Assembly (NCBI GenBank): GCA_017410505.1
Contig: JAFQQR010000027.1
Coordinates: 31,461 to 95,460 of the forward strand
Origin: Clostridia bacterium
Lineage (GTDB): Bacteria; Bacillota; Clostridia; TANB77; CAG-508
DNA length: 64,000 nucleotides
Direction of reading: 5' to 3'
Shown: positions 10,799 to 19,711 of the stretch, piece after piece
How the letters are laid out: the number at the start of each line of letters is the position of its first letter
Numbering within the stretch: position 1 is the first letter of the stretch
Notes under the pieces: generated by a model
The model's database searches: none
Told to the model about the DNA's origin: nothing
Seen by the model: the letters and a program-made list of their open reading frames with translations, nothing else
Translations under genes and position numbers: made by a program

Positions 10799-11449
10799 TT
10801 ACATTTTTCTGAACACACCGCAAACTTTTCCTAAAATTTCGCATGTTGGAACTATTATTGGATCCATTGTGCTGTTTTCTGGTTGTAGTCTAATATGGTC
10901 TTTTTCCTTATAGAATGTTTTTACTGTTGCTTCATCTTCTATTAATGCTACAACTATTTCTCCATTTCTTGCATCATTTTGTTTTTTTATTAATATATAA
11001 TCTCCATCTAGAATTCCTGCTTCTATCATGCTTTCTCCTCTAACTGTAAGCATGAAGCAGTCTGAATTTCCTACAAAATCTATTGGAATTGGGAATGTAT
11101 CTGTTACATTTTCTACCGCTAAAATTGGAGCTCCAGCTGTTATCCTTCCTACTACTGGTACGTCAACTAATTCTTTTTGTGTATAGAAATCTTTTGTTGA
11201 TGTCTTTTTTGTTTCTCCATCTGTTCCTTTTAATAATCTTAAAGTTCTTCCTTTTTTATCTTGTTTTTTAATATAACCTTTATCTTCTAATCTCTCTAAA
11301 TATCCATGTACTGTTGCTGTTGAACTTAATCCTACAGCTTTACCTATTTCTCTTACTGATGGTGGGTATCCTACTGTCATTATTTGTTTTTCAATATATC
11401 TTAATATTGATTTCTCTCTACTATTTAATTCAGGTCTCTTTCTTGGCAT
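10799..11449 (-). CDS. lexA: LexA repressor
   Basis: [60 protein letters not shown] is the winged-HTH, followed by the S24 peptidase domain (GESM...K). Confidence 0.9.
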   Translation of the reverse strand: MPRKRPELNSREKSILRYIEKQIMTVGYPPSVREIGKAVGLSSTATVHGYLERLEDKGYIKKQDKKGRTLRLLKGTDGETKKTSTKDFYTQKELVDVPVVGRITAGAPILAVENVTDTFPIPIDFVGNSDCFMLTVRGESMIEAGILDGDYILIKKQNDARNGEIVVALIEDEATVKTFYKEKDHIRLQPENSTMDPIIVPTCEILGKVCGVFRKM

Positions 11450-11565
11450 ATATATCACTCCATTTTTTATTTTTTTATATAGTATCATACAAACAAAAAA
11501 ATGTCAAACATAATTTTGCTTTTTTGTAATTTTTTTTAGCAGAGCTCTTACACTCTGCTTTTTGT

Positions 11566-12873
11566 TTATTTATATCTTTTTCCTTTTGAACGTTTTTTCT
11601 TTTTAGGTGTTTCTTCATAAAAATCTTCTACTTCATCTTCTTGTTCTACATCATCAAATTCGTCTGAATCAAAATTGTCCATTATATTGTAATATGGCAT
11701 TGAAGAATCGTCATCTTTTTTTCGTTTTTTTACTATAACTACTATAATTACTATTATAATAACTAAGCTTACTCCTCCGATTACTGCATATAATATGGTG
11801 TTTTGTTCTTGTCCTGCTTGATTTTCAACAATTTCTTCTGATGCTAATACTTTATTTACTATTATTTGATATGCTATTGTTTCCTCATCGTCTTTATTTT
11901 TTACTATAATTGTAATTATATTTTCTCCTTCTTGTAAATTTTCATTTCCTGTTATTTCTATATTTGCACCTTCTTCTGTTGCTAATGCTGTTAAGTCTAA
12001 TTTTTGTAAATCTTCTTTTAATTCAATTTTATATTCATATACATCTGCTTGAAATTCTGGTTGTAAATTTATTCCGTCTATTGTTAATTCCTTTAATCCA
12101 AATGTTGTTGATGTTGTTTCTTCTTCCTCTTGTTCTTCTTTTTCCTCTTCTTCATCATCTTCTTTTTTTGCATCTCTAGTTATATTAATTGTGTATGTTT
12201 TGGTTGTTTCTTCATCTTCTGCTGTAACCGTTACATTTACTGTATTTGCTCCTTCTGCTAATTTTTTTGTTCCTGTTCCTGATATTGTTTGTCCACTATG
12301 ACCTTTGTTAGCATATACTTCTACTGATTCTACATCATTTGGTACTGTGACTGAATATGATGTTTTTGATGGTGTAAATCCTGAGAAGTCATTTGGTCTT
12401 ATTCCTAGGTTTGAAAGTGTTGCTATATTTGATTTTGTGTCTGTTGAATTAGTACTATTTTCTGTCTCGGAATTGCTATTTATATTCGATTCACTTCCAT
12501 TTGACGATACTTTTGTAACATTTATTGTTTTTGAATTAAAATTCCTTATTGTACTACCATCACTTGCTTCTGTCACACTCCCTTCTAGTGTTATTGTTAA
12601 ATTTCCTTCTGATGTTGGCTTATAAGTTCCTGAAAAAGATATTGCTTTATTTCCTTGTACATTTTCAAACTCGTTACTAGAAGCTATTGTTGTTCCATTA
12701 ACTTTTAAATTTAAATTCCATTGAACAGCACTCCCAGAAACTGAAATGTTTACTGGTGTATTGGCTTCCACTGTACTATCGCATTGTATAGATGCATTTG
12801 CAGCATTACTATAATTTTTTATGTTAAATACTATTATTATTGCAAATATTATACTAACTATTTTTTTTGTCAT
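11566..12873 (-). CDS. Membrane-anchored surface protein with two cadherin-like beta-sandwich domains and an acidic C-terminal tail
   Basis: It has a signal peptide and Thr/Ser/Asn-rich repeats. The segment SNLGIRPNDFSGFTPSKTSYSVTVPNDVESVEVYANK is cadherin-like. An E-rich linker follows, then a C-terminal TM segment VIGGVSLVIIIVIIVVIV + KKRKK. Confidence 0.65.
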   Translation of the reverse strand: MTKKIVSIIFAIIIVFNIKNYSNAANASIQCDSTVEANTPVNISVSGSAVQWNLNLKVNGTTIASSNEFENVQGNKAISFSGTYKPTSEGNLTITLEGSVTEASDGSTIRNFNSKTINVTKVSSNGSESNINSNSETENSTNSTDTKSNIATLSNLGIRPNDFSGFTPSKTSYSVTVPNDVESVEVYANKGHSGQTISGTGTKKLAEGANTVNVTVTAEDEETTKTYTINITRDAKKEDDEEEEKEEQEEEETTSTTFGLKELTIDGINLQPEFQADVYEYKIELKEDLQKLDLTALATEEGANIEITGNENLQEGENIITIIVKNKDDEETIAYQIIVNKVLASEEIVENQAGQEQNTILYAVIGGVSLVIIIVIIVVIVKKRKKDDDSSMPYYNIMDNFDSDEFDDVEQEDEVEDFYEETPKKKKRSKGKRYK

Positions 12874-12882
12874 TTTTCCTCC

Positions 12883-14601
12883 TTATAAACAAATATTAGA
12901 TACTCCTAATATTTGTTTTTTTAAAATAAATGTATCTCCTGTATCTAATGAATTATCACTATTTACATCTGCTGCTATTTTGTAATATTTATTACTAAAA
13001 TTTTTCACATTTAACACAACACATTTCAAAATGTAAGTATCTCCTGTATCAACTTCTCCATCTCCATTGCAATCACCTTTTTTTACAACTATATATTGAT
13101 CTTCTACTATAAATCCTGTAGCCATTGAATCATTTTCGCCATTAAGAAAACTTCCATCTGCTTTTGTTATTTTTGTAGGACCTCCAAAAGTTTCTAATAT
13201 ATCGCTCGCAATTGCATCTGGAGTAACCATTATGATTCTTTTATCTTTATCAACATTTACTTTGTTCGTATTTGTTAATGTATTATCTGAGGTATTTTGA
13301 TTATTGCTATTAGAATTGTCCCCACTTACAGGCACTAAATACAATTTATACGCACTCTCACTTTCATAAGTTTCTCTAGCCGCATAACCTTCTGTTCCAT
13401 TAGATTTTCTTACCTTATCCCAATAAGTACCATTAACTTTAGAAGTTGCCTTTTCTATTCTTGTAACAATTTCATCTTTATATAAATATCCAACAGTTGT
13501 ATCTCCATTTGGATTATTTCTTATTCTTAATGAACTATCTACATTTACCTTTACTAAATCTATTTCTGTAGAACTTGTTCCATTTGAATCTGGTCTACTA
13601 CAAATATCTGTAGGCATATTTTCATATACAGGTATTATAAATGTATGTTTAGATGCCATTATATTTGTATTTATATATGTATTTCTTAAAGTTGTTCCTT
13701 CACTTTGAGCTGCTAAGATATTTTGCATATATTGATTTGAATATAAACCATTAGTTGCAGCTACATCAAATTTTTGCAAATATAAAGTATTTTGTCCTTT
13801 TTGTATGTATTGACTAGCTAAAAAACTAATACCTCCATTTATTGACGCTTCTAAACTTGTCCATCCTTTCTTTTGTGCATATGCAAGAGCATTTGTTAAA
13901 ATTTCTGATGTTGAATTTCCTGATGCTGCTATATTAAATGCATTATAATATCCTGCATATTGTCCATTATATCCACTTCCAGATGTTAACACTGTCCCAG
14001 ATGCTCCTTGTTCTTGTATTAATCTTGCCGCTATATAATAACAATTTACATTATTATTTGTTGCTGCATCTATTATCCCTTGTTCATGTCCTGAAAGAAA
14101 TGTTCCACTTGTCATAGTTCTTAAAATATTTATATCACATCCTGCATTTGTTAGCTCTTCAAATTGAAAAATATCTGATTCATTGATTGATACTCTTGGG
14201 TCCATCATATATTTTATAGCTTGTTCTGATACGCATCTCCAACTTCCATTATCATATGCTCTATCCCCACATATTGGGCAAAGCCATGCACCTTGGTAGT
14301 TTGATGTTTTGTATACTAAATTTTTTGGTGAGCCTCCATGCCCTGTAAATTCATTTGCTATAACTTCATTCCAATCTAACCCAGTATAAAGTACTTTAAA
14401 TGTCCAATTTGGATATTTGCTTTGTAACGTCTTTATCTTATCTTTTATTCCTGGATATTTTGAGTTATCTATTCCATCTATATTTGTGCTTATACTTTGT
14501 GTAACCGCGTATGTTTTATTTTGATAAATTATTGATATTAAAATATTTAGTAATATTGCTAGAATTAAGACTGATGATAATATTTTTATTATTTTTTGCA
14601 T
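12883..14601 (-). CDS. Secreted cell-wall hydrolase (glucosaminidase-like catalytic region) with a bacterial SH3 domain and a C-terminal type-I dockerin
   Basis: The true start is the ATG at 14601 with a GGAGG RBS; the track used an upstream TTG. SH3_3-like segment: NPNGDTTVGYLYKDEIVTRIEKATSKVNGTYWDKV. Dockerin duplicated Ca-binding loops: DCNGDGEVDTGDTYILK and DVNSDNSLDTGDTFILKKQIL. Confidence 0.65.
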   Translation of the reverse strand: MQKIIKILSSVLILAILLNILISIIYQNKTYAVTQSISTNIDGIDNSKYPGIKDKIKTLQSKYPNWTFKVLYTGLDWNEVIANEFTGHGGSPKNLVYKTSNYQGAWLCPICGDRAYDNGSWRCVSEQAIKYMMDPRVSINESDIFQFEELTNAGCDINILRTMTSGTFLSGHEQGIIDAATNNNVNCYYIAARLIQEQGASGTVLTSGSGYNGQYAGYYNAFNIAASGNSTSEILTNALAYAQKKGWTSLEASINGGISFLASQYIQKGQNTLYLQKFDVAATNGLYSNQYMQNILAAQSEGTTLRNTYINTNIMASKHTFIIPVYENMPTDICSRPDSNGTSSTEIDLVKVNVDSSLRIRNNPNGDTTVGYLYKDEIVTRIEKATSKVNGTYWDKVRKSNGTEGYAARETYESESAYKLYLVPVSGDNSNSNNQNTSDNTLTNTNKVNVDKDKRIIMVTPDAIASDILETFGGPTKITKADGSFLNGENDSMATGFIVEDQYIVVKKGDCNGDGEVDTGDTYILKCVVLNVKNFSNKYYKIAADVNSDNSLDTGDTFILKKQILGVSNICL

Positions 14602-14735
14602 TTGTTTTTCCTCCAACTCTTTAGTTTTTCATATATTTATCTTTTTTGATACTTTTTTCCATTTTTCGATATTATATCATTGCGTTTTTTTTAAGTCAAT
14701 CGATTTGCTTAATGTAATATAATTGTAAAATAATT

Positions 14736-14780
14736 GGAAGAAAAACAAATGAGTAGTCTTTTATTCAAAAACTACTCATT
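14736..14780 (-). terminator. Rho-independent terminator downstream of rdgB
   Basis: The hairpin AATGAGTAGT...ACTACTCATT is followed by a T-run on the minus strand. Confidence 0.5.
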
Positions 14781-14792
14781 ATATAATTATTT

Positions 14793-15383
14793 TTATCTTT
14801 CAAATTCTCTCTGCTCTAGCTCATATCTTAAAGTCTCTAAAGCTCTTTTTCTTGCACTTATCTCATTTTTTTCTTCTGGTAATAACTCTGCCAATGTTTT
14901 TCCATTTTCTAATTCAAATATTTCATCAAAGCCAAATCCATTATCTCCTTTAACATTTTCTGCAACATACCCTTCTATATTTGCTACTGCTGAAAATGTA
15001 TTATTTCCATCTGAAATAGCCATAGCTGTAACGAATTTTATTTTTCTTTTTTCTTTTGGAACATCTTTTAATTTTTCAATAATCGCTAGATTCCTTTCTC
15101 TATCTGTTCCTTTATGCCATCTTTTTGTATATACTCCTGGAAATCCGTTTAAATATTCTATTTCGATTCCAGAGTCGTCTGCTATGCACATTTTTCCTTC
15201 CAATTCTTTTGCTATTGTTTTAGCTTTTTTTATTGCATTTCCTATAAATGTTTCTTGATCTTCTTCGACATCTATTTCTATTCCAATTTCTTGCATTGGT
15301 GTTATTTTATATTCTTTTAATATTTCTTGTGCTTCTTTTATTTTTCCTTTATTTCCTGAAGCAATTACTATTTCTTTATTCAT
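14793..15383 (-). CDS. rdgB: Non-canonical purine NTP pyrophosphatase (RdgB/HAM1 family, XTP/dITP diphosphatase)
   Basis: MNKEIVIASGNKGKIKEAQEIL ... FGFDEIF are the family hallmarks. 196 aa. Confidence 0.9.
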   Translation of the reverse strand: MNKEIVIASGNKGKIKEAQEILKEYKITPMQEIGIEIDVEEDQETFIGNAIKKAKTIAKELEGKMCIADDSGIEIEYLNGFPGVYTKRWHKGTDRERNLAIIEKLKDVPKEKRKIKFVTAMAISDGNNTFSAVANIEGYVAENVKGDNGFGFDEIFELENGKTLAELLPEEKNEISARKRALETLRYELEQREFER

Positions 15384-15657
15384 TTTTTATTTTCTATGCT
15401 AGATTTTAATATCTAACATATCTCCTTTCTTAATTTTTATAACTTATATAATTATATATTCTTACAGTATTATTAGTTTGATTACTGCATCCACACTTGC
15501 CATAAACCTACTCTTTTGGTGCCGCTACTGTAGTTATTTACAGCTCTTGCTCTCTTAACTTTTTTCCCTTTTAAGGTTCTAAATATCAACTTTAATCATA
15601 ACTTTACTTGAAAGTAAACAAGGGGCACAACTTTTAATATTGTACTCCTTGCTATAA

Positions 15658-15924
15658 TTACTTATATTCTCTGACATAATTTTCAAAGAATCCTCTTGCT
15701 GTATTAGGAGATGATTTTAACCATTTTTTTACTTCTTCAATTTTTTGGTCTTCTGTTTTTTCTTTAAATTGTCCAGGCTCATAATCTATTCCTAATTCGT
15801 TTGCACATTTTTTAAGAAGTTTTTCTACTTCCTCTAATGGTATACAAGAAATCTCATCACTTGTAGGAAGTTCTTCATTATAATGTCTGTTTGTGTTGAT
15901 AGAATTAAATAAGTCTTTTCCCAT
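15658..15924 (-). CDS. Hypothetical small protein
   Basis: The ORF has a good RBS (AAGGAGA) before MGKDLF. No recognisable domain. Confidence 0.4.
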   Translation of the reverse strand: MGKDLFNSINTNRHYNEELPTSDEISCIPLEEVEKLLKKCANELGIDYEPGQFKEKTEDQKIEEVKKWLKSSPNTARGFFENYVREYK

Positions 15925-16140
15925 AAATTTTCTCCTTAACAAATCTGTTTACGAGTTACTTATGTCCTTCCATTCAGAATAAGCATTTAATTGAGTTTCT
16001 TTTAGAAAGTCTTTTAAATAATTCGATAACCTATTTTATCACATTTTTATATGAATTTCTAGTATTTTCAGTTATTTTTTATGATATAACCTCATAAATT
16101 TAAAATACTACTGTGCATTACTATTGCATTAATTTTAATA

Positions 16141-16178
16141 AAAAAGCAAGTAAAAACAGAGGTTCAAAATCCTCTGTT
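16141..16178 (-). terminator. Rho-independent terminator downstream of tRNA-Leu
   Basis: The hairpin AACAGAGG-TTCAAAAT-CCTCTGTT is followed by a T-rich tract on the minus strand. Confidence 0.5.
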
Positions 16179-16187
16179 TTCTTACTC

Positions 16188-16272
16188 TGGTGCGGATGAA
16201 GGGACTCGAACCCCCACGCCGTTGGCACTGGTTCCTAAGACCAGCGCGTCTACCAGTTCCGCCACATCCGCA
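16188..16272 (-). tRNA. tRNA-Leu, anticodon UAG, with a long variable arm and encoded CCA
   Basis: The reverse complement reads GCGGATGTGGCGGAACTGGTAGACGCGCTGGTCTTAGGAACCAGTGCCAACGGCGTGGGGGTTCGAGTCCCTTCATCCGCACCA. The anticodon loop is CTTAGGA. A TTGACA-N18-TATTAT promoter lies just upstream at 16279-16321. Confidence 0.85.
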
Positions 16273-16340
16273 TATCTCTTTGACAATAATTATAATAGCA
16301 CATTCATACTTTTATTGTCAATACAAATTTTTAATTTTTT

Positions 16341-16586
16341 CTATTTTGATATAAAAAGTAATACTATTCCTCCCATTATAACAATAATAAACCCTAGAAT
16401 CTTCAAGCCTGATGACCCTTCATTTTGATCCCCAAAACTAAAAAATCTTTTTGTCAAAATTCTAGCATCATATATTAAAATAACTCCGATTAGTATTATT
16501 AATAGCAATAATATTTTTATTATTATATTAATCATATCTATCAACATCCTTTTTATATTTATACATATATAATAATATTTTTTCAC
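16341..16586 (-). CDS. Small membrane protein, hypothetical
   Basis: 81 aa with two hydrophobic helices. Confidence 0.4.
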   Translation of the reverse strand: MKKYYYICINIKRMLIDMINIIIKILLLLIILIGVILIYDARILTKRFFSFGDQNEGSSGLKILGFIIVIMGGIVLLFISK

Positions 16587-16646
16587 AAAAAAGTCAAGAA
16601 GGAAACGAAATTCGTTTCCTTCTATCTGTCTTGGAAGTTTTTCATT

Positions 16647-17357
16647 TCACTGAATCAAGTAGTCATACAATTCTTCAAGAATGTTTGAATCGCTTTGATT
16701 AATGCCCCATTTGGTTGGAATTTTAACTTTTTTCAAACTTAATATTAATTCCATGTTTTCCATTTGGAATTTGATTTCCTCTTCTTTGCTTCTTTTGGAA
16801 TCTTTTTTTAAGTAGTTAAGTTCATTAAGAGTCTGCCATATATTTTCCTTTAATTCTATATCTGGATTATACTTTTTTCTTAATACCATTGCATTCCAAA
16901 ATTTAAGGCTTTCATCATCTAGCCCTTTTATGGAATTTAATTCCGCAATTACTGATAGCTCTTTTACCATGTAATCTAATACATCTTCAACTGTGAATCC
17001 AGTTAATTTCCAATCTTTTGGAATCACCGCCCCCTCTAGGGCGTCTTCTAATTGTTCCAAACACCTTTCATTCGTTCTCTCAAGAAAGTTGTTTTTGCCG
17101 TAGTTTTGTCCATTGCATCCAACAGCCTGCATACTTTCTGTACGCATTTTCTCTTCTTGGACTTCTGGACATTCTTTGTTGCTATATCTCCTCCTCATCT
17201 TTTTCTGTGTTTTGGAAATTATTTCCTTTAACTTTTCCTCTGGGTGTCTCATTTTTCTAAGCAACATTGTTGATAAAAAAATGGTATGATAATTACCCAG
17301 ATATTTAATTCTGCTAACCTCCATAAGACAGATTTTGTAAAGTTCCTCTTTCCTCAT
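16647..17357 (-). CDS. Hypothetical protein. Its GC content is locally higher than the surroundings.
   Basis: 236-aa ORF. No recognisable motif. Its composition differs from the flanking housekeeping genes. Confidence 0.45.
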   Translation of the reverse strand: MRKEELYKICLMEVSRIKYLGNYHTIFLSTMLLRKMRHPEEKLKEIISKTQKKMRRRYSNKECPEVQEEKMRTESMQAVGCNGQNYGKNNFLERTNERCLEQLEDALEGAVIPKDWKLTGFTVEDVLDYMVKELSVIAELNSIKGLDDESLKFWNAMVLRKKYNPDIELKENIWQTLNELNYLKKDSKRSKEEEIKFQMENMELILSLKKVKIPTKWGINQSDSNILEELYDYLIQ

Positions 17358-17604
17358 GTTTTTCTTCCTTTTCTTTCAATGTGCCTCTAATTAGAGGTCT
17401 TATTGTGTTTATCTGTTGCAAATTCCAAATTGGACCTAAAGGTATTATATCACATTTTACATAATTTGGCAACCCTGTTTTTCAATCTCATCAAACTTTA
17501 ATTCTAAAAAAATATGAGTAACATATATTTATATTAAAACAACTATAAATTTGTATGTAAATAAGTAATATCACCTATTTCATACAATAAAATTGGAGGT
17601 TAGA

Positions 17605-18063
17605 ATGAAAAAAATAATTGCAAGTTTATTATTTATAATTATGTCAATTCCAGTATATTCGTTCGGACATGATTCAACTAGCTCATACATATGGTCAACT
17701 GATATAGATTCAATAGCAGTTAATTCTTCAGATATACTTGAAACAAACTCAGAAATTGAAAATAACAACTCCTTAAATTTAGAAAGTGGTTCAGCAATAT
17801 TAATTGAACAATCAACAGGTCAAGTACTTTATTCTCATAACGCACATGAACAATTATGTCCAGCATCAGTAACAAAAATAATGAGTATTCTATTGATAAT
17901 GGAGCAAATTGATAATGGTTCTCTATCTTACTCAGACACTATTAGTTGTTCTGAAACCGCACGTTCTATGGGTGGTTCTCAAATATGGCTAGACCCAAGA
18001 GAAACCTTAACAGTTGATGAAATGCTAAAAGCTATTTGTGTTGTATCAGCAAATGATTGTAAT
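17605..18063 (+). pseudogene. dacF: D-alanyl-D-alanine carboxypeptidase (PBP5/DacF-DacB-like), 5' portion only; interrupted by an inserted element
   Basis: It has a signal peptide, the SxxK active site (PASVTKIM) and the SxN motif region ..AICVVSANDC. After that, the reading frame diverges into element sequence. The ATG at 17605 has a GGAGGT RBS. Confidence 0.8.
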
Positions 18064-18117
18064 GTTCAAAAAAGGCAGGAAAATGAAATTTGTGAACACT
18101 CTACAGAAATAGAGTGT

Positions 18118-19704
18118 TCACTTTTTGCAGGAAACAATTTTAGATGGTTTTTTTTCAAATTTATAATATATATGAATATAATTTTCATACACTTCTATTT
18201 TATCAATCAATTCACTTATGTCTTCATTAGATAGAATATCTTTATTTAGATTTTTTAAGATTTCTTTAACTTTCTTTATTTTCGCTATATTTTCATTACT
18301 ATTCAATTTTTCTTTTTCATTCTCTAAATTTTTTATAATTTCTCTTATGTCTTTTCTTTTTTGAGTTAATTCTTTATATAACTTTTTATAATTTTCTTCT
18401 AAAATGCTTTCTTGTAGTCTATCATTATATAGTTTTGTAATTTTGAATCTTAATAAGCCTAATTCTTTATTTAATTCTTTTAATTGAATATTTATTTTTT
18501 TAACTTCTATATCATTATATTTTTTCATAAGACTCGTATTTAAATTACTCTTTTTTAAGAATTTAGCAAATTCCTTTTCTATATCTTTAATAATTAAACT
18601 TTCTAAATCTTCATATTTATATAAGATATTATTTGAACATAAATATGAAGATTCATTTCTGGAAGGACAATGAACATTTATAAAATTTCTTGACTTTCTT
18701 TTTGCCATCCTTTTTTTACACTTACCACAATACATATATTTGGAAAATTTAGCATCTATCCCTTCTTTTCCACTAGCTGTTTTTCCAAATTTATTGTTAT
18801 CATGAATTTTATTATAAATTTCTTCAGTGATAATAGGTTCATGTGTCTTTTCAGTCGTTATTTGTTCACTTCTTTTTACATAAATTCTTTTTTTACTTTT
18901 ATAACTAATATTTTGTGTTTTTCCTCTCAGACATTTTCCTGTATATACTTCATTAGCTAATATTCTTGTAATTATTGATCTTGTCCAGACTTTTTTTGTC
19001 CTATTTTCTAGTCCTTTTACTTTTAAGTATTCTGCTGGAGTAATAATTTCTTCTTTATTAAATAAATCTGCTATTTGTTTTGCTGTTTTTCCTTCTAATG
19101 TTAATTTAAAAATTCTTTTGACATTTATACTAGCTACTTCGTCTATAATTAATTTTCCTTGATTATCTGGATCTTTCATGTAACCATATGGAGCTACATT
19201 ACAACTATAATATCCATCAAGCATCTTCTTTCTTTTACTTCTTTTGACTCCCTTAGATGTTTCTTTACAAAATAATTCATTAAAAACACCTTTTATTGGT
19301 GCAAATTCATTTGCTATTTTATCTTCAAAATTGTCTACTCCGTCTAAAATAGCAATATATCTAATATTATTGTTAGGAAATAATTTTTCTATATATTCTC
19401 CCGCTTCAATATAATTTCTTGCAAATCTAGCTAAGTTTTTTGTAATTACTAAATCTATTTCATTTATTTTTAATTCTTGAATCATTTTTTTAAAACCTGG
19501 TCTATCAAATGTAGCTCCTGAAACTCCATCATCTACATATTCATAATATTTTTCATAATTAAAATTCTTTTTTATATAGTCGAGGATAATTGCTCTTTGA
19601 TTAGAAATGCTTTCACTTTCTTCAGTATCACCATCATCTTTACTTAGTCTTAAATATATTGCAACATTACGAACTGATGACTTTTCTAGTCTTTGGATTA
19701 TCAT
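18118..19704 (-). CDS. Large serine recombinase (resolvase N-terminal domain plus recombinase, zinc-ribbon and coiled-coil regions)
   Basis: VAIYLRLSKDDGDTEESESISNQR...YVDDGVSGATFDRPGFKKM...VITKNLARFARN is the catalytic serine region. 528 aa. It stops 55 bp from the dac junction. Confidence 0.9.
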   Translation of the reverse strand: MIIQRLEKSSVRNVAIYLRLSKDDGDTEESESISNQRAIILDYIKKNFNYEKYYEYVDDGVSGATFDRPGFKKMIQELKINEIDLVITKNLARFARNYIEAGEYIEKLFPNNNIRYIAILDGVDNFEDKIANEFAPIKGVFNELFCKETSKGVKRSKRKKMLDGYYSCNVAPYGYMKDPDNQGKLIIDEVASINVKRIFKLTLEGKTAKQIADLFNKEEIITPAEYLKVKGLENRTKKVWTRSIITRILANEVYTGKCLRGKTQNISYKSKKRIYVKRSEQITTEKTHEPIITEEIYNKIHDNNKFGKTASGKEGIDAKFSKYMYCGKCKKRMAKRKSRNFINVHCPSRNESSYLCSNNILYKYEDLESLIIKDIEKEFAKFLKKSNLNTSLMKKYNDIEVKKINIQLKELNKELGLLRFKITKLYNDRLQESILEENYKKLYKELTQKRKDIREIIKNLENEKEKLNSNENIAKIKKVKEILKNLNKDILSNEDISELIDKIEVYENYIHIYYKFEKKPSKIVSCKK

Positions 19705-19711
19705 AATTGAA

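Noticed and set aside
11450-11565. LexA (Cheo/SOS) box upstream of lexA, and at 44352-44646 upstream of uvrA
   Set aside because: I searched for GAAC-N4-GTTC and CGAACRNRYGTTCG-like motifs in both regions and found none. Only a hairpin (AGCAGAGCTCTTACACTCTGCT, 11538-11559) is present upstream of lexA.
14734-15258. Plus-strand 174-aa ORF beginning MEEKQM, the same first residues as the track's version of the divergent hydrolase gene
   Set aside because: It lies entirely antisense to the well-supported rdgB gene. The shared MEEKQM comes from A-rich RBS-like sequence (TTGGARGAAAAACAAATG) on both sides of the intergenic region, and in the hydrolase that stretch is only the RBS. Its first 45 nt are the rdgB terminator hairpin.
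16279-16321. Inverted repeat TTGACAATAA...TTATTGTCAA next to tRNA-Leu, considered as an att site of an element integrated at the tRNA
   Set aside because: It is more simply explained as the tRNA promoter (TTGACA-N18-TATTAT on the minus strand). No integrase or direct repeat of the tRNA 3' end was found nearby. The genuine mobile element here is inside dac, not at the tRNA.
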